Origin: Eledone cirrhosa | Taxonomy: Eukaryota | Assembly: GCA_964016885.1 (NCBI GenBank) | Contig: OZ024756.1 | Span: 15,624,001 to 15,688,000 of the forward strand | DNA: 64,000 bases | Direction: 5' to 3' | Shown here: one piece after another, positions 1 through 14,012 of the stretch | Layout of the letters: each line of letters begins with the position of its first letter | Position numbering within the stretch: position 1 is the first letter of the stretch | Notes under the pieces: model-generated | Told to the model about the DNA's origin: nothing | Seen by the model: only the letters and a program-made list of their open reading frames with translations | The model's database searches: none | Made by a program: the position numbers and the translations under genes

Positions 1-487
1 GAAGAACAAAGAAAATGGAAGGGGAGAAAAAGAAAGAAGGATCAAGCAACGAAAGAAATGGAGAGCGGGATGGACAGACACTACACCCCAACTTGAGCGG
101 TGCCATAGCAACGCCCCGCGGAACAAAACGGCAAAAGCGTTACCGCGGAGAATGGCGAGAGACATTCGCTGCAGCAACCATTCCACCACACGTGACTCCC
201 TCCTCAAGTGGTCCACCATCTTTCCGACTTTACAGTAGTACAGAGACCAAACACACCAGTATCATGGATTTATGGCAGTGAACGTTTTGCCAGAATGTCA
301 ATGGTGACTCATCTAGCCACCCTTGTTAAATACCACAGACCGAATTTAACCCTATCCGTTTCATAAATTTAATATTTTAAGACAGTTTATAAATATAGAC
401 TAAGAACAACGCCTCCAATTGTATAAAACTAACCCCCATGAGAAAACTAGAGGAAAAATACTTTTAATAACTATTATTTATATCGGT

Positions 488-1198
488 AGAGGGTCGGACG
501 CCATGCTTTCCAGCATAGTTACGTCCCTTTACGATCTGAGTTCAAATCCCGCCGAGGTTGACTTTGCCTTTCATCCTTACGTGGTCGATAAAATAAAGTA
601 CCAGTAATGCACTGGGTAATTGCTGGCCTTGTGCCAAAAAGTAGAAACAATTATTTATAATCATTAGAGGGTCGGACGCCATGCTTTGGCGCATAGAGTT
701 ACGGCCCTTGCCATTCTGAGTTCAAATCTCGCCGAGGTTAACTTTGCCTTTCATCCTTACGGGGGTCGATAAAATAAAGTACCAGTAATACACTGGGATA
801 ATTGCTGGCCTTGTGCCAAAAAGTAGAAACAATTATTTATAATCATTAGAGGGTCGGACGCCATGCTTTGACGCATAGAGTTACGGCCCTTGCCATTCTG
901 AGTTCAAATCCCGCCGAGGTTGACTTTACCTTTCATCCTTACGGGGGTCGATAAAATAAAGTACCAGTAATGCACTGGGATAATTGCTAGCCTTGTGCCA
1001 AAAAGTAGAAACAATTATTTATAATCATTAGAGGGTCGGACGCCATGCTTTGACGCATAGAGTTACGGCCCTTGCCATTCTGAGTTCAAATCCCGCCGAG
1101 GTTAACTTTGCCTTTCATCCTTACGGGGTCGATAAAATAAAGTACCAGTAATGCACTGGGGTAATTGCTGGCCTTGTGCCAAAAGTAGAAACAATTAT
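488..1198 (+). mobile_element. Head-to-tail array of four tRNA-derived SINE copies (family A)
   Basis: Units start at 488, 666, 848 and 1030 (period 178-182 bp). Each has a B-box-like GAGTTCAAATCCC and the body GCCTTTCATCCTTACGGGGTCGATAAAATAAAGTACCAG, which is dispersed elsewhere in the window. Confidence 0.8.
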
Positions 1199-1389
1199 TA
1201 ATTAAATAAATAGTAGTACTAGTTATATATATATGTATGTGTTTGCGTATGTATATATATATATATGTGTGCGTGTATGTATGTATATATATATGTGTAT
1301 ATGTATGTGTATATATGTGTATATGTATGTGTATATGTATGTATATATATGTATATATGTATATGTATGTATATAAATATGTGTATATG

Positions 1390-1421
<32 letters not shown>

Positions 1422-1824
1422 TATATGTATGTATATATATATTTATATATATTTATATGTATGTATATATATGACGTGTACAATTCTTAACTACTCATAG
1501 AAACACAACAACATGATTTACAACACCACCACCAGCTCTCTCTTCCATTCTCCTTCTCTGTCTCCTCTCCCTCTCTCTATGTCTCTCTTTCAATCTACTC
1601 TCTCACAACCACTATCTCTTCCTCTCTATCTATCTCATATATATATATATATCTATATATATATATCTATATATAGTGAAAAATTGAACAGGAACAAAAC
1701 AGAGAGGCAGTACAACGAATGTTTATTAATTTCATGCGCACGTGTGTATGAGTAGATATATATATGTGTGTGAATGTGTATGCGTGTGTGTGTGTATATT
1801 TGTGTGTTTGTGTTTTTTCTTGTG

Positions 1825-1867
<43 letters not shown>

Positions 1868-1872
1868 ATGTA

Positions 1873-1945
<73 letters not shown>

Positions 1946-2040
1946 TCCTCTCTATCTTTCTCTCTCTCTTTGTTTAGGAAGGTAGGCGGCAAACCCCATA
2001 TCTCGGGAACCCGTGGTCCGATTTACGCGAAACTTGTTTT

Positions 2041-3702
2041 ATTACGTGGGTTGGAGGGGCGTTGAGGGTATTACGTGGGTTGGTGGGGCGTTGAGGGTAG
2101 ACGGTGGGTTAGTGGGGCGTTGAGGGTATTACGTGGGTTGGTGGCGCGTTGAGGGTAATACGTAGGCTGGTGTGGCGTTGAGAGTATTACGTGGATTGGT
2201 GTGGCGTTGAGGGTATTACGTGGGCTGGTGTGACGTTGAGTGTATTACGTGGGCTGGTGTGACGTTGAGAGTATTACGTGTATTGGTGTGGCGTTGAGGG
2301 TGTTACGTGGATTGGTGGGGCGTTGAGGGTATTACGTGGGTTGGTGGGGCGTTGAGGATATTACGTGGGTTGGTGTGGCGTTGAGGGTATTACGTGGGTT
2401 GGTGTGGCGTTGAGAGTATTACGTGGGTTGGTGTGACGTTGAGGGTATTACGTGGGTTGGTGTGACGTTGAGGGTATTACGTGGGTTGGTGTGGCGTTGA
2501 GAGTATTACGTGGGTTGGTGTGGCGTTGAGGGTATTACGTGGGTTGGTGTGGCGTTGAGGGTATTACGTGGGTTGGTGGGGCGTTGAGGGTATTACGTGG
2601 GTTGGTGTGGCGTTGAGAGTATTACGTGGGTTGGTGGGGCGTTGAGGGTATTACGTGGGTTGGTGGGGCGTTGAGAGTATTACGTGGGTTGGTGTGGCGT
2701 TGAGGGTATTACGTGGGTTGGTGTGGCGTTGAGGGTGTTACGTGGGCTGGTGGGGCGTTGAGGGTATTACGTGGGTTGGTGGGGCGTTGAGGGTATTACG
2801 TGGGTTGGTGTGACGTTGAGGGTATTACGTGGGTTGGTGTGGCGTTGAGGGTATTACGTGGGTTGGTGTGGCGTTGAGGGTATTACGTGGGTTGGTGGGG
2901 CGTTGAGGGTATTACGTGGGTTGGTGTGGCGTTGAGGGTATTACGTGGGTTGGTGTGGCGTTGAGGGTATTACGTGGGTTGGTGGGGCGTTGAGGGTATT
3001 ACGTGGGTTGGTGTGACGTTGAGAGTATTACGTGGGTTGGTGTGGCGTTGAGGGTATTACGTGGTTTGGTGTGGAGCTGAGTGTATTACGTGGGTTGGTG
3101 TGGCGCTGAGTGTATTACGTGGGTTGGTGGGGCGTTGAGGGTATTACGTGGGTTGGTGTGGCGCTGAGTGTATTACGTGGGTTGGTGTGGCGCTGAGGGA
3201 ATTACGTGGGTTGGTGTGGCGTTGAGGGTATTACGTGGGTTGGTGGGGCGTTGAGGGTATTACGTGGGCTGGTGTGGCGTTGAGGGTATTACGTGGGTTG
3301 GTGGGGCGTTGAGGGTATTACGTGGGTTGGTGTGACGTTGAGAGTATTACGTGGGTTGGTGTGGCGTTGAGGGTATTACGTGGTTTGGTGTGGAGCTGAG
3401 TGTATTACGTGGGTTGGTGTGGCGCTGAGTGTATTACGTGGGTTGGTGGGGCGTTGAGGGTATTACGTGGGTTGGTGTGGCGCTGAGTGTATTACGTGGG
3501 TTGGTGTGGCGCTGAGGGAATTACGTGGGTTGGTGTGGCGTTGAGGGTATTACGTGGGTTGGTGGGGCGTTGAGGGTATTACGTGGGCTGGTGTGGCGTT
3601 GAGGGTATTACGTGGGTTGGTGTGGCGCTGAGTGTATTACGTGGGTTGGTGTGGCGCTGAGGGAATTACGTGGGTTGGTGGAGCGTTGAGGGTACTACGT
3701 GG
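2041..3702. repeat. 29-bp G-rich minisatellite, about 57 copies
   Basis: Consensus ATTACGTGGGTTGGTG(G/T)GGCGTTGAGGGT, period 29 (units at 2041, 2070 and onward). Confidence 0.97.
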
Positions 3703-4274
3703 CCATGAGGGGGACAGTGGCCCAAACAGTTTGAGAACCTCTGTCTTGGCCGAACTTATGACAGAATTTGGCCTCTGGGAGAAAGAAGGTAGTTAGTTAA
3801 TTGATAAGCAACAGAGGGTCACAATAACTGGAACTATAAAAATCGGTATAGCTGTCTTCAGCGATGAATTATGATGGAATTAATGGTGGAAAGAACAAAA
3901 CTCTTTTCTTTACAACCTTACCAGCGAGTAGGTGGCTAGTGAAAATATATAAGAATAAAATAGATATATACATATATAGATACATATATAATTTATGTAT
4001 ACATATATATACTCTATATATATATCAACTAGAAAGTGAGTATAGGGACACTAATATTTCTAATTAAATTTCTTACGACGGCGGTAACAACAACATCAAC
4101 AATAATAATAATTATGTCTTCTCCTGGCTACATCTGTTGAAGATATATAGGGAGAGACAATAGTTTGGCTGTGAGATATATGAGTGGGTAGCAGGGTGTG
4201 TGTATATAAATAAATATATATATATATATATAATATATATATATATTATATATATATATATTATATATATATAT

Positions 4275-4306
<32 letters not shown>

Positions 4307-4410
4307 ATATAATATATATATATAATATATATATATACAATATATATGTATATGTTGATTTAAAACTTCACTATTCACAAGTGTTTTTTAAGCTTCATAT
4401 CATGTATCCC

Positions 4411-4481
4411 TATTTTATCTGATGAAAACGCAGATATCATCCCATGATGATATTTGTTTTTGAAATGCGCATAATAAAATA
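4411..4481 (+). ncRNA. Type I hammerhead ribozyme motif (family H1)
   Basis: TATTTTAT, CTGATGA (4419-4425), a 16-bp imperfect stem II, GAA, palindromic ATGCGCAT, A, ATAAAATA. Stem I is a perfect 8-bp pair. Predicted cleavage is after A4473 (AUA). Confidence 0.85.
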
Positions 4482-4509
4482 CTTGGAACTCTTTTAACCA
4501 TCTTTTGAT

Positions 4510-4559
<50 letters not shown>

Positions 4560-4677
4560 ATCAAAAGATATATATATACGTTATTCCGGGTTGAATCGGA
4601 GGTAACCACAGTAAGTAAGGTACTCAATACATAGCAGAGTATAAAAGTTTTAATATAGATGAGATTCTACAGGACTA

Positions 4678-4706
4678 GAACTGTTTCATTCTTTAGAAAT
4701 CATCAG
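4678..4706 (-). ncRNA. Minimal hammerhead-like motif (family H4)
   Basis: Minus strand reads CTGATGA-TTTC-TAAA-GAAT-GAAACAGTTC. Related copies lie at 37365-37455 and 38880-38908. Stem I is not evident. Confidence 0.5.
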
Positions 4707-5330
4707 GAATCTTCTGCCTGACTGTAAAACGTGTATCATTGCATAGACGTGGTTGTTCCACGTTTCTCAAAAGGATGATGGAAGTTCCAATCTTTTATAT
4801 TATATGTAGATATAGATATAGATAATTAATATAAAACATGTCCGTCAATGTAAAAAAAGGTCCCTATTTACTCCCTTCACAACTGTCTGTATGTTAGCCT
4901 GACAGACAGGCACACAGACAGGTAAACTGCGTGGCGATTGTGGGATGCCGCACGTACACACACATACACGCAAACTTACACATGTTGATAGTGTTTACTT
5001 TCTGTGGAACGCTGCACGTACACACAAACACATAAACATATGCGCACGTACATACACACGCACACATGTTAATAGTTATTGCTTTCCTTCCCTTCTTATT
5101 TCCACACACATCACACACACACATGTCTTTACACTGATACATATACATAGTGTTCACTTTGCCTCTCTCTCCCCTCTCACTCCCTCATTGGCATTATGCA
5201 TATTGATTTAAGTTTGGCGTCGTTGAGGTGGGCGGAGTTGTTTGAAACCTATGAACCAATGATAATCGAGAATTATGATACACGGAATAATGACATTGTT
5301 GAAATTAATATATAGATACATACATACATG

Positions 5331-5407
<77 letters not shown>

Positions 5408-5892
5408 ATTCCTACATAATTTCCACATTACCGAAAAAATTTTCGCTAATATAGAGGTTATCTCCTTTGCTGGGCACCATGTGCGTGTCTGGCTAAAGGT
5501 CACTTCTTTATTATCGGACGGAACCCGTTGATAAAGCTCTTCCGGTCCACTCCTTCCCTAGAAGTCTTATATATTTTTATGTGGGCTGATAGTGAACGGA
5601 TTAAGGAATTGCAGAAACCCAAGAAGCTAGATTTAACACCCTTCTAGTGGGTCCGGGTAAGTTTTTTACATTCATTTAAATTATTGATTTATTGATATTT
5701 TATTTGAGTGACCCGAATCTTCCTGGTCGTTCTTTTTCGGCTGCACGGGTGATTTTAGGCATAATCTCTATGTGTTGGTAATTTAACGATAGTTATAGCT
5801 CTGATTTATCCAAATTATTGAGCCCTCTGCCACTCATATCGGATATTGTTTATCGTTAATTCGTGAGCTGTTTTTCCGATACTCGATTATTC

Positions 5893-6450
<558 letters not shown>

Positions 6451-6554
6451 CCGACATATGTTATATCACTCAAAGTGAGATTTGGGTTTAAGTTTAATAT
6501 ATCATATTTTATATACAAATAAATGCATATATATATATATGTGTGTTAATGTAA

Positions 6555-6588
<34 letters not shown>

Positions 6589-6596
6589 ATATTTAA

Positions 6597-6628
<32 letters not shown>

Positions 6629-6669
6629 ATTTATATATATATATATATTTAAATATATATATATATATT

Positions 6670-6705
<36 letters not shown>

Positions 6706-7270
6706 TATATATATATATTTATATATATATATATATGTATATTTATATATATATATACATGCATATATATATATACATATATATGTGTGTGTGTGTGTAT
6801 TAAAATAACAGATTACAGTTTAAGCAACTCTACGGTTTTATATATTTTATACACACACACGCACACACACATATATATATCGGAATCCTCTCCCCCACCC
6901 CTCTATCCACACACGCACACACACTCCGACCTACACCCCACCCCACACACACCTCTTCCTGAACATGCAACCCCGTTCTTCCCCCAACCCTTGCTTTCAC
7001 ATACACACATACACACACACACGTACACCTACACACAGCCTTCAGCCCTCCCCGCTCGGACACCTCGTCTCCCTCTCCCCACTCCACCTGCCACCACCCC
7101 TACACGCCCCACACCCTTCCACCACCTGTTTTACCCAATTTTAATTTTATTTTGATCATGCCTTTATTTTTAATTTCATTTGCACCGTTTCCTCTCACCC
7201 CCTTTTTGCTATATGTCTCTCCACCACTCCCCTACACACCCTTTGAACTCTCTTCCCACACACTTTTCAC

Positions 7271-7298
7271 CTGAAGAAGGGCTTATGCCCGAAACGTC
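7271..7298 (+). ncRNA. Minimal PLE-type hammerhead motif (family H5)
   Basis: CTGAAGA-A-GGGC-TTAT-GCCC-GAA-ACGT-C, with palindromic ACGT stem III and a GUC triplet. Degenerate relatives lie at 47057-47084 (+) and 53025-53052 (-). Confidence 0.6.
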
Positions 7299-7414
7299 GT
7301 TCCCCACCACCACCCCACTCTCAAGAGCGTGAAATTAATAAACATTTGTTTGTACTGCCTCTCTGTTTTGTTCCCGTTCAATTTTTCATTATATATATAT
7401 ATATATATATATAT

Positions 7415-7607
7415 ATAGGAAAATATTCAAGACCCCGACGGCAGAGCTCAAGCCGTTTCGACGGCTATTTCTGAAATAGCCGTCGAAACGGCTTGAGCTC
7501 TGCCGTCGGGGTCTTGAACATTTTCCTATTACCCACTCTACGACGCTAAGTATTGAGTACTCTGTTGCGTTATGGTCCATCTGGTTCCTTACCACACTTA
7601 CTTCGTT
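7415..7607 (+). mobile_element. PLE terminal fragment with fold-back palindrome (family P)
   Basis: Inverted arms of about 55 bp centred near 7471. The tail is homologous to 50823-50949, which lies downstream of the PLE ORF. Confidence 0.7.
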
Positions 7608-7670
7608 ATATATATATATATACTGGAATTGAATAATCAAAACCGTAGCGGTATGTCACATATCAAATCA

Positions 7671-7737
7671 TATATTTTGTCTGATGAAAACGTTCTTAAA
7701 CACCATTGTACATTTGAAATATGTATAATAAAATATA
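7671..7737 (+). ncRNA. Type I hammerhead ribozyme motif (family H2)
   Basis: TATATTTTGT-CTGATGA-AAACGT...ACATTT-GAA-ATATGTAT-A-ATAAAATATA. Stem I is 10 bp with one G-U pair. Confidence 0.75.
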
Positions 7738-7802
7738 TATTTTGATTATGAGAATATTTTTCATTTATTAACATTTTGAATAATATATATATATATATAT
7801 AT

Positions 7803-8398
7803 ATAAACGGAAAAAATGAAACGAAATTTCATTTCCCACTCTTAGTACGGCTGTTACTTAAATATAAGTATGTACACGTACATACATATATGTATACAGA
7901 CGTACAGTAGTATGTATATATATATACATACATGCACACATATATATATGTACGTATGGATTCACCGAACATTTATTATAATGCTCGTTGTGTTTGTAAA
8001 CAAACATCCCGTATTAAGCCGTAGTGTCTAGCAACCATCGTTGCTCGTTTGTTCAACACTGACAAAGAACGCTGTACTAGTTTCAAGCTTATTAGCTATC
8101 GTCAGCAACGTATACCTTCCTGCCAGATTGTTGAACGTATATACTTACCTTATGCATATTAACGGCTGAGTAGCCCAATTTGCATATCGAGTGGGTTAAT
8201 CGGCCGGGTGCACCGAAAACGATAAACGGAAAAAATGAAACGAAATTTCATTTCCCACTCTTAGTACGGCTGTTACTTAAATATAAGTATGTACACGTAC
8301 ATACATATATGTATACAGACGTACAGTAGTATGTATATTTATATACATACATGCACACATATATATATGTACGTATGGATTCACCGAACATTTATTAT
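7803..8398. repeat. Direct repeat of about 177 bp (7803-7980 and 8222-8398) around a unique spacer
   Basis: Near-identical ATAAACGGAAAAAATGAAACG...CCGAACATTTATTATA copies, 419 bp apart. Confidence 0.9.
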
Positions 8399-9180
8399 AT
8401 AAATGTAATCTGAGTTTTTCGAATATTAATAATTGTTTCTACTTTTGGCACAAGGCCAGCAATTACCCAGTGCATTACTGGTACTTTTCGAATATTAATA
8501 ATAACATTCGATTCGTTTGCAATCATGCAAACAGCCTCATTTTTAAAGCCAAAGCCATGTCAGTAGAATGAACTCTTCAAGAATGAAGAGAGAGAGAGAG
8601 GGGGGGGGTGACATAGAGGGATAATCCCCCCCCTCCCAGTATACTGAACTGTTATTTTTTATTTATCGATCTCGAAAGGCTGAAATTCAAAGGCTAAACG
8701 CCAACGAGAATTGAACTCAGATCGCAGAAAACCGGGGACGATTACAACGAAACATTCTATTTGGCATTCTGAAGATTCTGACAATTCACCGCGCCATACA
8801 TGTGTTGTAAAGGAGGGGTGGAGGTAAATAAGAATGTCGCTGTCTTTTGTCGGTCTTCCTTTGGGTTTTAAAATTCTTTTAATATTTGGTGATTATATTT
8901 TCGTTGAGACAAGAATAAACGCTAATTTCTCCTCCACTTCTCTTTCTCTTCCCTTTCTTATGTCTCTTGGCCTCGATTTTATTTTATTTAGACGTCTGTA
9001 TTTTTATTACGAAAGTGTCTGTGAGAATGTCTTTTGTCTTATAAATCATCTCATATTTTTATAATTCCAACCGAATATTTTAGTTCGTTTGTATACCGTA
9101 CGTTTGTACGTAAGTATGTTTTAAAGAATGGTGGGTACATTCCCATATACCCATACTTATATATACAATACACACACAGA

Positions 9181-9231
<51 letters not shown>

Positions 9232-9325
9232 CAACAGTGACATAAACAGCTACTCACGTTTTGTTGGGTTCAGGACCCCAACTCATTCAGCTTGTCTTAA
9301 GAAAAATAAAAATAATATAGATATA

Positions 9326-9720
<395 letters not shown>

Positions 9721-9760
9721 GTATATATATATATACTATATATATATATATATACTAATA

Positions 9761-9832
<72 letters not shown>

Positions 9833-10035
9833 CTTTTCCTGGGTCCTGTATTTTCGTTGCTCTAGTGATACGGCTGGACTGCCGACCGCTATATCTGATT
9901 TGCTAAGCTGTCTGAACGTATTGTTATTACTCTGGGGTTCTTTTCCCTATCTGAGTGCTAAAGCTACAGACCGATTCTGCATTCGTTAGCTTGGCCGTGT
10001 TCTAAAGCTTCGTTAATGCTGTACTAAAATGTATA

Positions 10036-10077
<42 letters not shown>

Positions 10078-10191
10078 CTCTATAAAGTTCACTGTGACTC
10101 TAATACATAAACATAACAATGAAAGGATAATATTTATTAATAAATTGTCTACTCAGAGAAGTAATATTAAACTTAAGCCAAAATCTCATTT

Positions 10192-10260
<69 letters not shown>

Positions 10261-10264
10261 GTGT

Positions 10265-12210
10265 GTATAGAGCAATTGATGTTAAAACTCGAAAAATTCT
10301 AAACAACACCGGAAACTTCCACATCAACAGAGATATAGACCGGCTCTACTTGAAACATAAGCAGCGAGGCGAAGCGTAGGAGCCCGTCTCTCGAGCAAGT
10401 CTGCATGAGACAGATAAGATCGTGAGAGTTGGGAAGGAACTCTTTGAAATATATTCCCTGCATGATAATTAAAAACTCACACCCAAGGAAATTGCCTATC
10501 AATACCGCAGTGAATCCATGGATGAAAAACTACATGCTTATCAGCAAAAAATCATGCATGGATATGTTACCAGGAAGCTCTAGAATGAGAGTAATATAGA
10601 TAAGCAAAGTAGTCTATCTTGGACCAACAACTGCTATATTGGCTCCCACTTTGATAGATACGCTTTTGCAATCCAAGAACAGAAAATCAACACGAAATAC
10701 CTGATTCACAAAAGAGATAGGGATGCAGGCAAAACACCTAGATGGTCACATCTAGGTGTTTTGCCTGCATCCTATCCAGACTCTGCAGAATTAACACCGA
10801 AGATGTCACCCATGTCATAAGCATCTGTCCAAAGATGTCATCACAGTACCATCTACCTATGAGCCATGATGTAGTGGCCAAAACACTGTACAATGCAATC
10901 CGTAGAAAAGATAGCCCCGACAATAAACACATTAAAAGCTACAGCAATGTAGAAGACATACGTATACATCACTCAAAAAGCCTCAAAAATCACTCAAAAA
11001 GCCTGGCATTGAGTTCCGAGAAGTTTATGACATCACACCTTGAGGGATATCTCTATGCAATACAGGAACAAGAACTCCCTACCAAATATCTGTTGCACAA
11101 AAGGGGAGGGCCATCAGCTGACAATAAATGTAGGCTATGTAAAACAAAGATCGAGGATGTAAGCCACATTGTTGCCAGCTGCGAAAGAATGTCATCTCGC
11201 TACTACCTCCCCATGAGACACGATGGGATAGCTAGAACCATCTGGAACGCACTTCGGAAAACAAAATTAACAACAAACGAGGAAGAATATATTGAGACAG
11301 ATGGCACTAAGGAATACTGGTGGAACCTGAAAATAAAAACTGCCACCAAATTAAAACACAACCGGCCTGATATTGTTGTTTGGGACCACACATTGAAAAT
11401 GTGTTCTGTTGTGGAGATCAGCTGCCCACTTGTGTAAAAGTTGTCAGAAAAATACAGGAGAAGGAGGACATCTACGCACCATTGATGAGGAGTTTACAAA
11501 TCCAGTATCCAAGATACACCTTTAGCTTCATACCTATCATTATTGGAGCTACGGGTTATATACCAACCCGCTTGGACCAAAGTATAACTGAAGTTGGATT
11601 TGCGGACAAAGAGCGCAGCTCCCTAATTCATAGTCTACAAATGGCTGCGATAGCTGGCACCTTCAAAATTTGCAAAACATTCTTGCGATTCAAGGAATGA
11701 CAATTTCTTTTCTTTTACAACCTTGTCACCAGGAAGGTGGCCGGTCAAAAAAAATACTCGAAATTAAGAGAAAGAGATAACACATGCATACATACATATC
11801 TGCAGATACTCCACCCTGATTACACCTTCAGATTTATGCCTGTGATTATTGGGGCACTGGGGTATGTTAGTAACTGCCTCAATACAAATCTTGAGAAGCT
11901 AGGCTTCACAGGAACAGAAAGAACACGACTAGTTAGGAAATTACAAGTACAATCCATTAATGGAACAGTAAAAAGATGTAAAACATTCCAAATATTTTGC
12001 ATCTAATAACTGCATATACACATGCACACATACAACTCAAAACATACACATCCACACATACAATAACATCCATATCTACACATGCATGCATACATACATA
12101 TCTACCTAGTTGATGTTGTATAAATTCCAATGAGAGAGTCTTGTGTCTATGTTAGAAACCGACTCTCTCTCTATTGGCAAACATTTGTGAAATTATAAAA
12201 CCAGAAGAAC
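10265..12210 (+). mobile_element. Degenerate R4/Dong-like non-LTR retrotransposon 3' regions (two interleaved elements)
   Basis: CCHC knuckle CRLC...SHIVASC and an RHD motif, then NRPDIVVWD...VVEISCP (PD-(D/E)xK-type endonuclease) and FIPIIIGATG. Frameshifts and stops are present, and the element ends in (CATA)n. Confidence 0.8.
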
Positions 12211-12290
12211 ATACATACATACATACATACATACATACATACATACATACATACATACATACATACATACATACATACATACATACATAC

Positions 12291-12759
12291 ATGGCGGCCA
12301 CTACTTTATATCCATGTAGGAGAACTCCTACCGATGCGCTGAACGAGTGTGACTTTTTAGTCCAGCCAGCGACTTGAAAACTCTGGTACAAACACTACAC
12401 CTGTGACAATTATTGACACATAGTGCTAGGCCCATGGTACCATGTGACGACAAGTGCAGAGAGATCTCCAGATATAAAGCAATACCTGTGCCGTGAAGCT
12501 TTTATAGTGAGCAAAGGCACTGCACAAAGCCAGTCCCACTCTCTTAATCAAGATGATATTTACCAAAAAGAAGAACAAGTCAACATCATTGGATACCATC
12601 AGGGTTGCAGGTGTTATATCAGAGTTTTCCTTCTCCTAGAATTCTGCCTTGACAAAGGCTAAGGGGTCATCTCTCCCGGTGATTTTGGATGGCCATTGAC
12701 TCTTAAGAGCTCCTTTGCCCTTTGACAGGTTTTGTTTTTAGTCCTGAAGGATGTCCAAA
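12291..12759 (-). mobile_element. Truncated copy of an approximately 600-bp non-autonomous RTE-derived element
   Basis: High identity to 27425-28028, 31378-31972 and 62583-63191. Flanked by (CATA)n. Confidence 0.75.
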
Positions 12760-12815
12760 TACATACATACATACATACATACATACATACATACATACAT
12801 ACATACATACATACA

Positions 12816-12846
<31 letters not shown>

Positions 12847-12854
12847 GTAGAGTG

Positions 12855-13076
12855 CACTACGCAGTCTTCAATGAGAGAATGGGTGTCTCAGTCTTGTCAG
12901 CACTGATTTCCATTCTTGCCATGCAGCACTCGACATTAAACCTATCAAGTGCATGTCGGTTATCACCTTCTGATGAGTTAAGTAGCACCATGTCGTCTGC
13001 AAATATCAGTCAACTGATCCTACACTCACCAATTTTGATACCACTTCCAACATGGCTGTGCTTGTCAATCCTCTTT
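12855..13076 (-). mobile_element. LINE reverse-transcriptase fragment
   Basis: Minus strand encodes LIFADDMVLL...ALDRFNVECCMARMEISADKTE (FADD catalytic motif). Confidence 0.7.
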
Positions 13077-13430
13077 GTGGTGAAAATATGCACAATTGGG
13101 GGGAGTCCGGTACTCACATTCAATGGTTTCCACTTAACAACATTTATTCCAACACAATTACTTTGAAATGAATAAAAAAAAAATTAATAGGGCGAGGTGG
13201 TGGTGGTGGTGGTGGTGGTGGTGGTGGTGGTGGTGGTGATGGGTGATGGTCGTGGTAGTGGTTGGGGGAGGTGGAGGAGAGGAGGCGGGATTTTATAAAC
13301 AGAAATAAACTCTAGTTCCAATGTGGAGCAATCTTTCCAATACATAACTTGGCTTGGTATGAATTTTGATTCACTTGAGAATATACCTCACACCCCCCTC
13401 TCTCTCTCTCCATATCTCTCTCCTCTCACT

Positions 13431-13492
<62 letters not shown>

Positions 13493-13629
13493 ACACACGC
13501 ACACACTTACACACTCACACACACGGTGACACACTGTGACACACTCACGTAGCTGAATGTCCCAGAGACATTTGAAATATTTGTGTGAAGACCACTTGAA
13601 ATCTTGCTGGCATTTGGTAAGATTGGTTA

Positions 13630-13672
13630 ACAGCAACAACAACAACAACAACACAATAGCAGCAGCAACAGC

Positions 13673-13723
<51 letters not shown>

Positions 13724-13967
13724 AACAACAACAGCAACAATGCCAACAGTATGTCACTAAGACAGTGTCAATGACAGTAGGTGCAGCTGTTCAAGCTAAG
13801 ACAATAACATGGACAACAACAACAGCTAATAATAATAATAATAATAATATTAATATTACTAATATTACTACTTCTACTACTACCACTACTACTATTACTA
13901 CTATTACTACTACTTTTACTAATATTACTACTATTACTACTACTACCACTACTACTATTACTACTAT

Positions 13968-14012
<45 letters not shown>

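Noticed and set aside
15-281. 88-aa ORF at the window start
   Set aside because: No recognisable domain or splice context, so it cannot be supported.
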